DNA of 63,238 nt, the filler included, from Octopus bimaculoides (taxonomy: Eukaryota): NCBI RefSeq assembly GCF_001194135.2. It is 6 parts of 5 records of this genome, joined end to end, with 100 filler letters (N's around TTAATTAATTAA, not from the genome) between each part and the next. Parts side by side here need not be neighbours in the genome. Positions count along the whole stretch, not along the records: positions 19,053 to 47,334 come from NC_069004.1; 5 more parts are not named here. One strand, given 5' to 3'. The notes under the pieces are model-generated. The model was not told the DNA's origin. It was given only the letters and a program-made list of their open reading frames with translations, and did no database searches. Made by a program: the position numbers and the translations under genes. Position 1 is the stretch's first letter. Each line of letters begins with the position of its first letter. Of the stretch, positions 25,511 to 38,250 are shown piece by piece.

Positions 25511-25550
<40 letters not shown>
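25300..25550 (+). mobile_element. R4/Dong-type LINE 3' end inserted in an (AAT)n tract
   Basis: TPGLTNIYSKRKIAVLGTAHILRKTLSIQ* (stop 25418-25420), 3' UTR, and (AAT)n on both sides. Confidence 0.75.
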
Positions 25551-25551
<1 letters not shown>

Positions 25552-26099
25552 CAACAACCTCTACAGAATGTGAGGGAAGAAGGTCAAAAGAGTGAACATG
25601 TACGCTTACATTACACATCCAGTGGAACATACTAGCCTCATCCCTTTCTAACCTTCACAACAACAACATTGACCACAACAACAGCAACAACTACAACAGT
25701 AACAACAACTGTAAGTTCATTAACAAAATCCACTGCAACAGTAACATCAACAACAACAACAGAAGTCTTTCATTCAATTAGATTTATTAGGGAGTGGGGT
25801 GGGGTGAGGGGGTAGAGTAGGGACAGAAGAAGGGATTTGAGACACAGGGGAGAGGAAGTGAGGGGGTGGGAGTGAGACGAGACTAGTTTTTAATTAGGAT
25901 CTAAATAAATGAAATGATAATGACCTTGATAAAATTGATAATTATGATAACAATAAGCTTTCTTCTTTTCAGACAGTACACACACACACACACACTCAAA
26001 AACACACACACAACATAAACACACACACAACATAAACACACACACACACACACACACACTCAAAAACACACACACAACATAAACACACACACGTTTGTA

Positions 26100-26235
26100 T
26101 GAGGCTGTGTGGTAAGAAGCTTGCTTCCCAACCACATCGTTCTGGGTTCAGTCCCACTGTGTGGCACCTTGAGCAAGTGTCTTCCATTATAGCCTTGGGT
26201 CAACCAAAACCTTGTGAGTGGATTTGGAAGAAGCC

Positions 26236-26266
<31 letters not shown>

Positions 26267-26286
26267 CACTCACACACACACACACG

Positions 26287-26374
<88 letters not shown>

Positions 26375-26605
26375 TCCCCATATTTGTGTCTGTATTTGTC
26401 CCCCTGCCATCGCTTGACAACTGATGTTGGTGTGTTTACATTCCTGTAACTTAGCAGTTCAGCAAAAGTACACCGATTGAATAAGTACTAGGCTTACAAA
26501 GAATAAGTCCCGCGATTGATTTCTTTGACTGAAAAAAAATACCTTTAAGGCCATGCTCCAGCATGGCCGCAGTCAAATGTCTGACACAAGTAACTAAAAG
26601 AAAAA
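26100..26605 (+). mobile_element. SINE family B
   Basis: Head, body and tail with an expanded internal microsatellite. Confidence 0.85.
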
Positions 26606-26873
26606 AATATATATATACATANNNNNNNNNNNNNNNNNNNNNNNNNNNNNNNNNNNNNNNNNNNNNNNNNNNNNNNNNNNNNNNNNNNNNNNNNNNNNNN
26701 TTCAATGATATCGATGTCAAGTTGCTATGGGCAATAAGAAATGGTAAGAAGGGCTACAGTCACGGAGCCAATAACACGTGTGTGTGTGTGTGTGTGTAGG
26801 AAGTAGAGGTGGGGTTAGGGTGTTTGGGTAGAACAGTATAATTAATCTTTAGCTTTGTTTTAAATCACGACTG

Positions 26874-26908
<35 letters not shown>

Positions 26909-27565
26909 GCTGCTGCTGCTACAGTTAATACCACAACTACTAGTACTACCACCACTATGCCACCACTACCACCACCACCACCACTAACACCAATACCACT
27001 ACCCAATGCTGGTGTGTTTACGTACCCGTAACTTAGCGGTTCGGTAAAAAGAGTCTGATAGAATAAGTACTAGGCTTACAAAGAATAAGTCCTGGGGGTC
27101 GATTTACTCGACTAAAGGCGTTGCTCCAGCATGACCGCAGTCAAATGACTGAAACAAGTAAAAGAGAGAGAGAGTTACTGTCAGGTGACTTTTGGCTGAC
27201 CCTGTATATGTATGACAGGCTTCTTCCAGTTTCCGTCTCACGAGACTTTGGTTGGCCTGAGGCTACAACAGAAGACACATGCCTAACCATCCAACCCATG
27301 CCAGCATGGAAAACGGACGTTAAATGATGACGATGACGATGTACCTCCATCAGCTCCTATTTCACCATTCTTTACCATTCTGTGGATATTGCATCTGTTT
27401 ACAGGTTGCTATATTATCCCCTGCCATATTCGTCGAAACATTTTATTCCAACAATGGACATGAGTTTCTAAAATCACTACACACACAAACAGCAAAAAAA
27501 ACAACAAAAAAAAACAGACAATAAACTTTAGTATTACACAGATGTGTGTGTGTGTGTGCGTGTGT

Positions 27566-27788
27566 TATTTCTTTACTACCCACAAGGGGCTACACACAGA
27601 AGGGACAAACAAGGACAGACAAACGGATTAAGTCGACTATATCGACATCAGTGCGTAACTGGTACTTATTTAATTGACCCCGAAAGGATGAAAGGCAAAG
27701 TCGACTTCAGTGGAATTTGAACTCAGAACGTAGCGGCAGACGAAATACCGCTAAGCATTTCGCCCGGCGTGCTAACGTTTCTGCCAGC
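27566..27788 (-). mobile_element. SINE family A, tail-A type
   Basis: Reverse complement ends ...gtagccccttgtgggtagtaaagaaataa. Confidence 0.88.
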
Positions 27789-29504
27789 GTGTGTGTGTGT
27801 GGGTGTGTGTATGTGGGTGTGTCCATGCACATAAAACATTTAAAAGTTTATGTTGTTATTGTTGATGTCAGTGTCTATAGACATGATGATGATGATGATG
27901 ATATCTATGGTGAGGTAACTGTTCTTGGATTTTGTTTGTTGTTGTTCTCCTTGATTATGGCAGATGTTATTGTTGATGTTGTCGCCGCCGTCGTCGTCGT
28001 TCAGTTGTATTTTCTGCTCTCGTTTTAAATAATTCATTTTGTAAGTAAAAGAGAAGGATGATACTGTGGTGGTGGTGGTGGTGGTGATTGTTGTTGTGAT
28101 GGTGGTCTTGGTGACAGTGATAGTGGGGAGTGACATGGAGGTGGTGGGAACGATAGTGGTGGTGGTGGTGGTGGTGGTGGTGGTGGTGGTGATGATGATG
28201 GGGGAAGCAGTAATGGTGGTAGTGGTGACATTGGTGATGGTGATGGTGGTGGTGGTGGTGTTAGTAACATTCCTCCCCATATCAACGAACACACACACAC
28301 ATATATACACATGCCAACACCTACACACATAAACAAACAACAATCACACACTCACAAAAAGACACCCACCCGCCTCCGTGCACATGCTTATAAATAAACA
28401 CTAACATCTCACACACACACACACACATACACACATAGACATGGTTATTAACTAACCATTGACACTCATTCACTTATACATCACACACACACGCGTGCGC
28501 GCGCATACACACACACACACTCATGTGGACCTACAGTCACACACGTGTTTGTTTCTGTTGCTCGTTAAGATTTGTTTGTTAACGAGTGTCCAACAGCTTG
28601 CTCCTCATTATTAGGCCTCTAATACTTTGGAATCGACCACCACCACCACCACTGCCAACACAGAAAGATAGAGAGTGAGAGAGAGAGACAGAGAGAAAGA
28701 GAAGGAAAGGAGATGGGGGGAGGCCAGCACCAAGTGAGTATTCCTTAGTTACTATGGATTCCCACAAAGACAGGACTATTTTATCTAAGACCAGCTGTAT
28801 CACAACATGGTCCCCATAAAAAGAATGTTTGATTTTCAAACCAAGTGGTCATTGGTTCAATTCCAGTCAAATGCTCTTATATTTATACTGTATTTTCTGA
28901 CATATGTGGAGGCGCGAGGCCTAGCAGTTAGGGTGTCAGCACCATGATCATAAGATTGTGGTTTCGATTCCTGGACCGGGCGACGTGTAGTGTTCTTGAG
29001 CAAAACACTTCATTTAAAAACATCTTCTACTATAGCCCCAAGCTGACCAAAGGATGAAAGGCAAAGTTGACCTTGGCAGAATTTGAACTCAGAACGTAAA
29101 GTCAGATGAAATGTCTGTCTTTTACGTTTTGAGTATGGCATACTAACGATTCTGCCACCTCACCACCCTCAATAATGATGACGATGATGATGGTGAGAAT
29201 TAGCATCATCATCATGATGACAATGATGGTGCTGACAACGACGATTGAAATCAAAACTTAATCGAAGGACTTTGATGTGATCAACGTGTGGATGGTTGGT
29301 GTCACGCATTCTGGTGCCTGAAAATATTGAAGGGAATGCAAAATGAGACAGAGGCGTTATACAGAAACAAAACAAGAAAAAGAAAAGAAAGTAAACAAGG
29401 AAAAATTGACCTATAAACGGAGAGCTAAGCTTGTATATTGTGAATCAATAATAGATATGTTTCTGCGTGTGTGTGTGTGTGTGTGTATATACATATACAT
29501 ATAC

Positions 29505-29865
29505 TCTTTACTTACTTGTTTCAGTCATTTGACTGCGGCCATGCTGGGGCACCGCCTTTAGTCGAGCAAATCAACCCCAGGACTTATTCTTTATAAGCCC
29601 AATACTTATTCTATCGGTCTCTTTTTGCCGAACCACTAAGTTACAGGGACGTAAACACACCACCATCGGTTGTCAAGCAAAGTTGTGGGGACAAACACAG
29701 ACACACATACATATATGTTTCCATCTACCAAATCCACTCACAAGGCTTTGGTTGGCCCGAGGCTATAGTAGAAGACACTTGCCCAAGGTGCCACGCAGTG
29801 GGAATGAACCCGGAACCATGTGGTTGGTAAGCAAGCTACTTACCACACTGCCACTCCTGCGCCTA
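29505..29865 (-). mobile_element. SINE family B
   Basis: Match to other copies, with an internal deletion. Confidence 0.85.
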
Positions 29866-30381
29866 TATATATATATATANNNNNNNNNNNNNNNNNNNNN
29901 NNNNNNNNNNNNNNNNNNNNNNNNNNNNNNNNNNNNNNNNNNNNNNNNNNNNNNNNNNNNNNNNNNNNNNNNNNNNNNNNNNNNNNNNNNNNNNNNNNNN
30001 NNNNNNNNNNNNNNNNNNNNNNNNNNNNNNNNNNNNNNNNNNNNNNNNNNNNNNNNNNNNNNNNNNNNNNNNNNNNNNNNNNNNNNNNNNNNNNNNNNNN
30101 NNNNNNNNNNNNNNNNNNNNNNNNNNNNNNNNNNNNNNNNNNNNNNNNNNNNNNNNNNNNNNNNNNNNNNNNNNNNNNNNNNNNNNNNNNNNNNNNNNNN
30201 NNNNNNNNNNNNNNNNNNNNNNNNNNNNNNNNNNNNNNNNNNNNNNNNNNNNNNNNNNNNNNNNNNNNNNNNNNNNNNNNNNNNNNNNNNNNNNNNNNNN
30301 NNNNNNNNNNNNNNNNNNNNNNNNNNNNNNNNNNNNNNNNNNNNNNNNNNNNNNNNNNNNNNNNNNNNNNNNNNNNNNNNN

Positions 30382-30430
<49 letters not shown>

Positions 30431-30892
30431 CATACAGACAGACAGACATACATATGTATATTTATGCGCTAGCAGAATGCCTGGCATTGCCTAGACTGAA
30501 AAGTATCTATAAATAGCCCACAATTACTGTTAATGACTTAACGAAGACATATTTAGTTTAATAGAACACTAATGGATTTCTCTTACAACTTTCTCAGCCA
30601 TGAAAGAAATGGAACTGTTTTGACAATTGCGTTTCTGGTAATCTGGTTTCCAATGTCCTCCGTTAAAGTATGTCTGTCTTTGTCAAGTTGAATATAAGAA
30701 GTGATAAAAATTCAAAATTATAGAAATTTAAACGTAAAGTATGAACGAGAGCAACCAGCATCCACATGTTGATGGAATGACGTTATCAGTTTTTAAGTTA
30801 GAATTTTATAACAGGCGAAAAGAAAAAGACAGAAAAAAATAGAAAAAAGATGACAGAAAAAAAAAGAAAGAAAAAGAGAGAAAGAAGAATAT

Positions 30893-31253
30893 TCAATCAA
30901 ACAGTTTTGTATAAATTTGATGATATTCTCCTGTCGTCTTATTCATTCCTCCAGGGCGTGATGTTAATAACCCGCAAACATATTTCCCCTCATACATTCT
31001 GAGAAGTGAAAGTGAAGCAGATTCAGAATATGTTTTGAGAATGTGCACTTTCAAGTCTTCTTCAAAATCGCAGCCGCTTGAAATGAAATGTTCAGCAAGT
31101 TCTGTCAAACTACTGTTATTGTGCCTGATGTCGAATCTGTGCCCATTAAACCTTTTGTTTAATTGTTCTGTTGTACAACCAACATAAATTGTGTTTCGTG
31201 CATTCTGCAGCGTACACCAAATGGGAATCTTTACATGTTCCACCTTCTGTACA
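30893..31253 (-). pseudogene. Penelope-like element GIY-YIG endonuclease remnant
   Basis: IYVGCTTEQLNKRFNGHR...LAEHF...LKVHIL...LRMYEGKY...LTSRPGGMN. The first half-motif (TCKDSHLVYAAECTKHN) lies in another frame, implying one frameshift near 31190. Confidence 0.85.
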
Positions 31254-31364
31254 AATCATAACATTTCAGGCCATGTGCCTGGAGTAGAAAAGAATATATA
31301 TAGATTTTGAAGCTATAAGATAAAGCATGATTAAGTCAAAACAATCTGAATGCTAAAAGGTTAA

Positions 31365-31705
31365 ATTGTGGCTCAGTGGTTAGAGCATCTGGCTCACGAT
31401 CATGAGGTAGTGAGTTCGATTCCTGGGCCGCGCTGTGTTTTGTATTCTTGAGCAAGACTCTTTATTTCATGTTGCTCCAGTTCACTCAGCTGTAAAAATG
31501 AGTTGCAACATCATTGGTGCCAAGCTGTATCAGCCTTTACCTTTCCCTAGGATAACATTGGTGGCATGGAGATGGAAAGCTGGTATGCATGGACGACTGT
31601 TGGTCTTCCATAAACAACCTTGCCTAGACTTGTGCCTCAGAGGGTAACTTTCTAGGTGCAATCCTATGATCATTCATGATTGAAAGGGGTTTTGCCCTTA
31701 CCCTT
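31365..31705 (+). mobile_element. SINE family C, near full length
   Basis: A-box-like tggctcagtggttagag and B-box-like gagttcgattcc; matches 37915-38250 in reverse. Confidence 0.85.
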
Positions 31706-32799
31706 TATGCCAGAAAATACAGAAATTTTTTGTTATCTTCCATGAAAGGTGACTTCCTATGGAAGGCACCACAGGGATGATGGATCAATATTAAGGAACT
31801 CTTTCTTCCTGCCAGGCTCTGGAAACTTGATTGATTTGAGTGAAACGTATTTGGTAACTAAATCAAAATAAGGTTTTGTTGCGAGCTCCAACCGCATTAT
31901 CACCCCACCTACTCAGCCCCCANNNNNNNNNNNNNNNNNNNNNNNNNNNNNNNNNNNNNNNNNNNNNNNNNNNNNNNNNNNNNNNNNNNNNNNNNNNNNN
32001 NNNNNNNNNNNNNNNNNNNNNNNNNNNNNNNNNNNNNNNNNNNNNNNNNNNNNNNNNNNNNNNNNNNNNNNNNNNNNNNNNNNNNNNNNNNNNNNNNNNN
32101 NNNNNNNNNNNNNNNNNNNNNNNNNNNNNNNNNNNNNNNNNNNNNNNNNNNNNNNNNNNNNNNNNNNNNNNNNNNNNNNNNNNNNNNNNNNNNNNNNNNN
32201 NNNNNNNNNNNNNNNNNNNNNNNNNNNNNNNNNNNNNNNNNNNNNNNNNNNNNNNNNNNNNNNNNNNNNNNNNNNNNNNNNNNNNNNNNNNNNNNNNNNN
32301 NNNNNNNNNNNNNNNNNNNNNNNNNNNNNNNNNNNNNNNNNNNNNNNNNNNNNNNNNNNNNNNNNNNNNNNNNNNNNNNNNNNNNNNNNNNNNNNNNNNN
32401 NNNNNNNNNNNNNNNNNNNNNNNNNNNNNNNNNNNNNNNNNNNNNNNNNNNNNNNNNNNNNNNNNNNNNNNNNNNNNNNNNNNNNNNNNNNNNNNNNNNN
32501 NNNNNNNNNNNNNNNNNNNNNNNNNNNNNNNNNNNNNNNNNNNNNNNNNNNNNNNNNNNNNNNNNNNNNNNNNNNNNNNNNNNNNNNNNNNNNNNNNNNN
32601 NNNNNNNNNNNNNNNNNNNNNNNNNNNNNNNNNNNNNNNNNNNNNNNNNNNNNNNNNNNNNNNNNNNNNNNNNNNNNNNNNNNNNNNNNNNNNNNNNNNN
32701 NNNNNNNNNNNNNNNNNNNNNNNNNNNNNNNNNNNNNNNNNNNNNNNNNNNNNNNNNNNNNNNNNNNNNNNNNNNNNNNNNNNNNNNNNNNNNNNNNNA

Positions 32800-33525
32800 A
32801 AGAAGCCTGTCATATGTGTAATATCAGTGTGCATGTATGGCAGAGTGTAAACATCTTGAGAGAAAAGTTGGGCATAACAGGTATCAGATGTGGTGTGCAA
32901 GAGAGACAACTGTGCTGGTATGGTCATGTGAGGCATATGGACGAGGACAGCCGTGTAAAGATAGGCTGATCTCTAACTGTGGAGGGAACCTGTGGTAGAG
33001 GTAGACCCAGGAATACATGGGATGAGGTGGTGAAGCATGATCTTTGAACTTTGAGCCTCACAGAGGCCAATGACTAGTGACTGATACCTTTACCGATATG
33101 CTTTGCTTGAGAAGACACGTCAAACGAAATGAAATTGTAATTACAGCCAATGCTGGTGTCACATAACTGGCACCCATGCCAGTGGCACATAAAAAGCTCC
33201 TTTTGAGTGTTGGGCCTCATGGAGGCAATGACGAATGACTGAGGCCTTTGGCAATATTCCATGCTTGAACAGAAGACCCATCAAGCCAAGTAAGGTCACA
33301 GTCATGACAGATACTGGTGTCATGCAAATGGCACCCGTGCCAGTGGCATGTATAAGCACCCATTACATTCTCAGAGTGGTTGGTGTTAGGAAGAGCATCC
33401 AGCCGTAGAAACCATGCCAAATCAGACTGGAACCAGGGGCAGCCCTCCAGCTTGCCAGCCCTGGTCAAACCGTCCAACCCATACCAGCATGGACGATGGA
33501 CATTAAATGATGATGATGGTGATGA

Positions 33526-33530
<5 letters not shown>
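32800..33530 (+). mobile_element. RTE-clade LINE 3' end with 3' UTR and (GAT)n tail
   Basis: LREKLGITGIRCGVQERQLCWYGHVRHMDEDS...VEGTCGRGRPRNTWDEVVKHDL; the same tail recurs at ~27295, 35330, 37430 and 61400. Confidence 0.85.
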
Positions 33531-33577
<47 letters not shown>

Positions 33578-34634
33578 AGAATTCACAACCCTCACTATAC
33601 TTTGTTCAGGCTATAACTGTGCTTTGTTCACCAGCACAGTGGACTCCAGACCAGCCATGCATGCTTTTTTCTCTTATGAAAATAATGATGAAGTATACAA
33701 TACTAAAATTTCCTGAAGCTTTATAAACATAGACATAGCATATGAGGTTGATGTTATAGATTAATATCTTTGATTAGGTTCCATAATTAATATTATTTAA
33801 ATAGTTTCTAACATGTTTTGCTTTCAACACATTTCCAATAATATTAATAATACAGCACTAGAATTTCCATGGGTGCTGCTCGCATGATAAAACATAACAC
33901 ACACACACACATTTACATTTACAGAGTGTCTCCAAAAAATGCATATACACATTGAATGATTAATTATAAAGTCAGTGCTTATTAAAATTAATTTCATTTC
34001 AAAATTTAATGGAATCTGATTAAAAAAAAAGAATTTAATTCTTTTATGACCACCTGTTTTTAAACTGATGATTATTTTGGTCCTGGCGGTGCCAATGATA
34101 TGAAGAAATAGAATCACAAACATTAAGAAATATTTCATCCAGCATTTGGATGTATTTATGGTCAATAGCTGCCCTCACTTTGTCTATTGTTGCAGGTTTT
34201 TTTTTTTTTACCATAAACTTTATCTTTTAAGGGGGAGACATAAGGACACAGGAAATGTGTCAAGGCCGACAGGAAGTGGTGCTGCTTCCTAGGGCTAAAT
34301 ACGAGTAGTATTATTCCCTTCATGGGACTGTCACATTAAGTTGACAGCATAGAACTACTTTACGTTTTAAATATCCTCATAAAAACAAGTCCAGTGATGT
34401 GAGGATTGGTGAACATGGAGGGTATTGTACTGAACCTCTTTGTCCAATCTGCTTGTTTGACAAAATCTCATCAAGGTAGACCAGTGATTCTCAACCATTT
34501 TTTGCCTATCGGCCCCTTTGATTCCTGTTTTATTCTACTGGAACCCCACGTTAAAAAAAAAAATGCTATTATATTTTTATGAGTAAATGTTTATAAATTT
34601 TTTTGTGTGAAAAAAATTGTTAAAACATTTTGAG

Positions 34635-34880
34635 TACAGTAATCCCTTGTCTATCTCAGGTGTTACGTTCCCAAATCCCTCACAATAGGTGAAAATCCAC
34701 AAAGTAGAAACAGTACTCTACTGCATTTCTTTTTTATTATTTTCATAATTTGTATATATTTATTTTATTATAAATACAAAACAACACCACACAGTTACCT
34801 CCTGAGTTTCATTTTCCCTACAGTATGTGCAATTCTTTCTTTACTCATCTAAGGTATATTATGTATTTTCTTTTAATATA
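34635..34880. mobile_element. Tigger/pogo-like MITE end, downstream of a Charlie/hAT-like end (cagtgattctcaacc, ~34480)
   Basis: TA-cagtaatccct...ttacgttccc terminus pattern only; second TIR not identified. Confidence 0.45.
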
Positions 34881-34930
34881 TTTTAATTAATGTGTTATAG
34901 AGTGCAGTACTCTACTGTATTTATATCTAT

Positions 34931-35296
34931 TAACCTCCGCCTTAGCGAAGATGGAGGTATTGTTTTCAGTTGTGTTTGTTTGTTTGTCCGTGGACAAGAT
35001 ATCTCAAGAAACGCTGGATGGATTCGGATGAAACTTTCAGGGATGTTTGGCCACATGACTGGCACGAACTGATTAGATTTTGGGATCTATCCAGTACCGG
35101 ACAAGGATTCTGGATTTTTTTTTTTTTTTTTTACTTAATTTTAGAGAGCGGTCGGGTTCATTTTTAGTATTCTCGTTTGTGAGAGCAGTTGAGTTTATTT
35201 CAGATTTTCATTAAAAAAAAAATCATCTTTGGCTAATCACTGAGAGGACATTGGTGTTGCCTTGGCAGAGGTTTGCGCTCTCTGAGTGCTCTTGTT
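34931..35296 (+). mobile_element. Helentron-associated (HINE/DINE-like) non-autonomous element
   Basis: 5' acctccgcc with nearby ggaggt, (GTTT)n-gtcc microsatellite, 3' ggcagaggt subterminal inverted repeat, gcgctc-tct-gagtgc hairpin, TT flanks. Confidence 0.65.
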
Positions 35297-35499
35297 AATT
35301 TACTAATTTTTTAGGTGGGTCATCTTGTGGGTGTCCAGAAAGTCAGGAGCAGGCCAGGTACAAGACTGCACCAGACTTCTGTGTCTGTTTTGGCATGGTT
35401 TTTTATGGTTGGATGCCCTTCCTAACACCAACCACTCCACAGAGTGACCCATCACAGAGTGGACATATATACACATATCCATATCTCGGCACATATTCC

Positions 35500-35760
35500 C
35501 TGTGATAAGTTGAGAATGGAATGGAATGAACAATGTGATTACAGAATGCCGAAAGCAAAAGTTCCGGTGGGCCAGATATGCAAAAGTCCAGTGGACCCAT
35601 TCAGTTGCCAAGTGTTATTCCAAGAGATCAGAAAAGGCTTCTTGGAAGGTCTCCATGACGATGCGAAGATGATTTAGTTAAGTGATTTGGGTCAAGATGG
35701 AAAAAAAATTGTGCAATCAAGACAGAATTGGAAACACATTCTAACCATTGGTGTGTAACA
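35500..35760 (+). mobile_element. Old RTE-type LINE C-terminal fragment
   Basis: RKQKFRWARYA...WT and IPRDQKRLLGRSP*RCEDDLVK*FGSRWK, matching the PR..KR..GRP..RW.DD pattern. Confidence 0.7.
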
Positions 35761-35901
35761 GTGTCTGATTGATAGAGTGATAGAGTGATTCTGTGATAAC
35801 ATCTGTATATATATATTATATATACATAATGTATATGTTATTTATATATATACACATATATGTCATATATTATATATATACACACACATGTCATATATAT
35901 G

Positions 35902-35982
<81 letters not shown>

Positions 35983-35986
35983 GTTT

Positions 35987-36023
<37 letters not shown>

Positions 36024-36115
36024 CTGTATATATATGCATATATATATATATAATATATATGTGTGTGTATATATATATATATACATACATACATACATGT
36101 ATATAATGATATATT

Positions 36116-36147
<32 letters not shown>

Positions 36148-36428
36148 TATATCATATATGTACACACACACAAACACACACGCATACAATTTAGGGTGAT
36201 TCGTGACAAAAAGCCAATTATTTCGCTCGGATGAGCTTATAATTTCGTCTATTAAATTCATTAGGCTATTTATTTTGTTCATTAGACCAAAACAAATGGG
36301 GTTTGTCATGAATCATTTTGAATTTTAAATAATGAATAATAATAATAATGATATTTATTATTGGCAAATAACCCAGAAGTTGTGAGTCTTCTCCTTCAGA
36401 GCTGTTTCTGTCTTACTACTAACACTTT

Positions 36429-36464
<36 letters not shown>

Positions 36465-36960
36465 CTATGTATGTATGTATATCATTATTCAATTTTATTT
36501 CAAGATTTCTTGCCAATAAAGAAAGAGTCAGTCTCTAACTTAGATCCAAGGCTCCTTCATTGGAATTTAAACAATATCAACAGGATATTTTTGCATGTAT
36601 ATATATGTACATGTGCAGTAATTGGAGTCAGTGCATATGCAAATTTGTATGTCTTATTTCATGAATGCAATATCACGCACATAGTTGCATGTCTAGACAT
36701 GTGCATATAGACTTGGATAATAAACTTCTGTAAAATTTTACAAATTTTTACAGTTCTTGTGATGGCTTGAATCTGTAGTTTTCAAATCAGCTATCCCCTT
36801 TCTGGTTTTGAGATGCCTAATTTTTCAACATTGGTACTTAGGCAGTGTGTTACATATCCCAGTGCCCCAATAATTACAGGTATAAACCTGAACTTGTAAT
36901 CCACATACAGTATGTATGTAATGTATCTATGTATGTGTGTGTGTTACTGGAATAATGTTT

Positions 36961-37250
36961 GCCTCTCAAACCCTCTTTCATGGGGCCGAAGAGATGATAG
37001 TCCAGTGACAAGGAAGTGAAAACTGTAGTGAAGAAGTGGCTCAAAGAACAGTCAACAGAATTTTACGGGGCAGGGATACGTGCTCTCATTCGAAGTTGGA
37101 ACATTGCTATTGAGAGAAACGGTGACTATGTTGAGAAGTAGGGATGTGATCCACAGAGGACCAGCTTCATTCTGATGTATGATACATGTTCCTATGTTGG
37201 TAATTATACCTGTCCTAAACAAAATGGCATTACTTTTTGACTCACCCTCG
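36961..37250 (+). mobile_element. Mariner transposon 3' end
   Basis: SSDKEVKTVVKKWLKEQSTEFYGAGIRALIRSWNIAIERNGDYVEK* (stop 37139-37141), then TIR ttactttttgactcaccctcg followed by TA. Confidence 0.88.
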
Positions 37251-37278
37251 TATATATATATATATATATTTATATATA

Positions 37279-37313
<35 letters not shown>

Positions 37314-37914
37314 GTTCAAAAAAACACAAAAAACAATAACAAAAAAACAACAAAGTGAGGACGTGATACGGATAGTGTTATTGGACGCTCGGGAAAGGAA
37401 CACACACACACATATATATACGTATACATGTATCATCATCATCATCATCATCATCTTCATTGTTTAACGTCTGCCTTTCATGCTAGCAAGGGTGGGATGG
37501 TTTAAAAGGGCCGGCCAGGCCGAAGCCTGCACCAAACTTCTGTAACTGTTTTGGCAGGATTTTTACAGCTGGACACCAACACATAAACGTGTACACACTC
37601 CAAAACCAGTACATCCTCTCTCTCTCTCTACACACACACCCAGACACTCCACCCATGACTACCCAGTGTTCATGTATTTCTAACACTACATTCATACAAC
37701 TTGTCCTGCAGCAAGAATTTATTTGAAGGGATTTGGTTTCTATTTCTAGCAAAAACGATCAGTCGTTCGTTGTTCCACAGGTTCCCACGTGTATGTAAAT
37801 GTGTGTGTATGTGCGTGTGTATGTAGGTGTCTGTGTGTTGTATATACTTGTGTGTATATACTTGTGTGTATATAGGGGTGTGTATATAGGAGTGTGTATA
37901 TTGGGATGTGTTTA

Positions 37915-38250
37915 TATGCTAAGACCTCCTTCGGTCATGACTGACCATGGGATTGCACCTAGAAAGTTACTCTCTAAGGCACAAATCCGGGCAAGGTTGT
38001 TTATGGCAGACCAGCAGTCATCCATGCATACCATCCACCCTTTTCCATGCCACGGATGTTATCCAAGGGAAAGGCAAAGGGGCCGATACAGTTTGGCACC
38101 TGTGACGTCGCAACTCATTTCTACAGCTGAGTGAACTGGAGCAACGTGAGATAAAGTGTCTTGCTCAAGAACACAACACGCCGCCCGGTCCGGGATTCGA
38201 ACTTACAACCTCACGATCGTAAGCTCGACGCTCTAACCACTGAGCCATGC
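37915..38250 (-). mobile_element. SINE family C
   Basis: Reverse-complement match to 31365-31705. Confidence 0.85.
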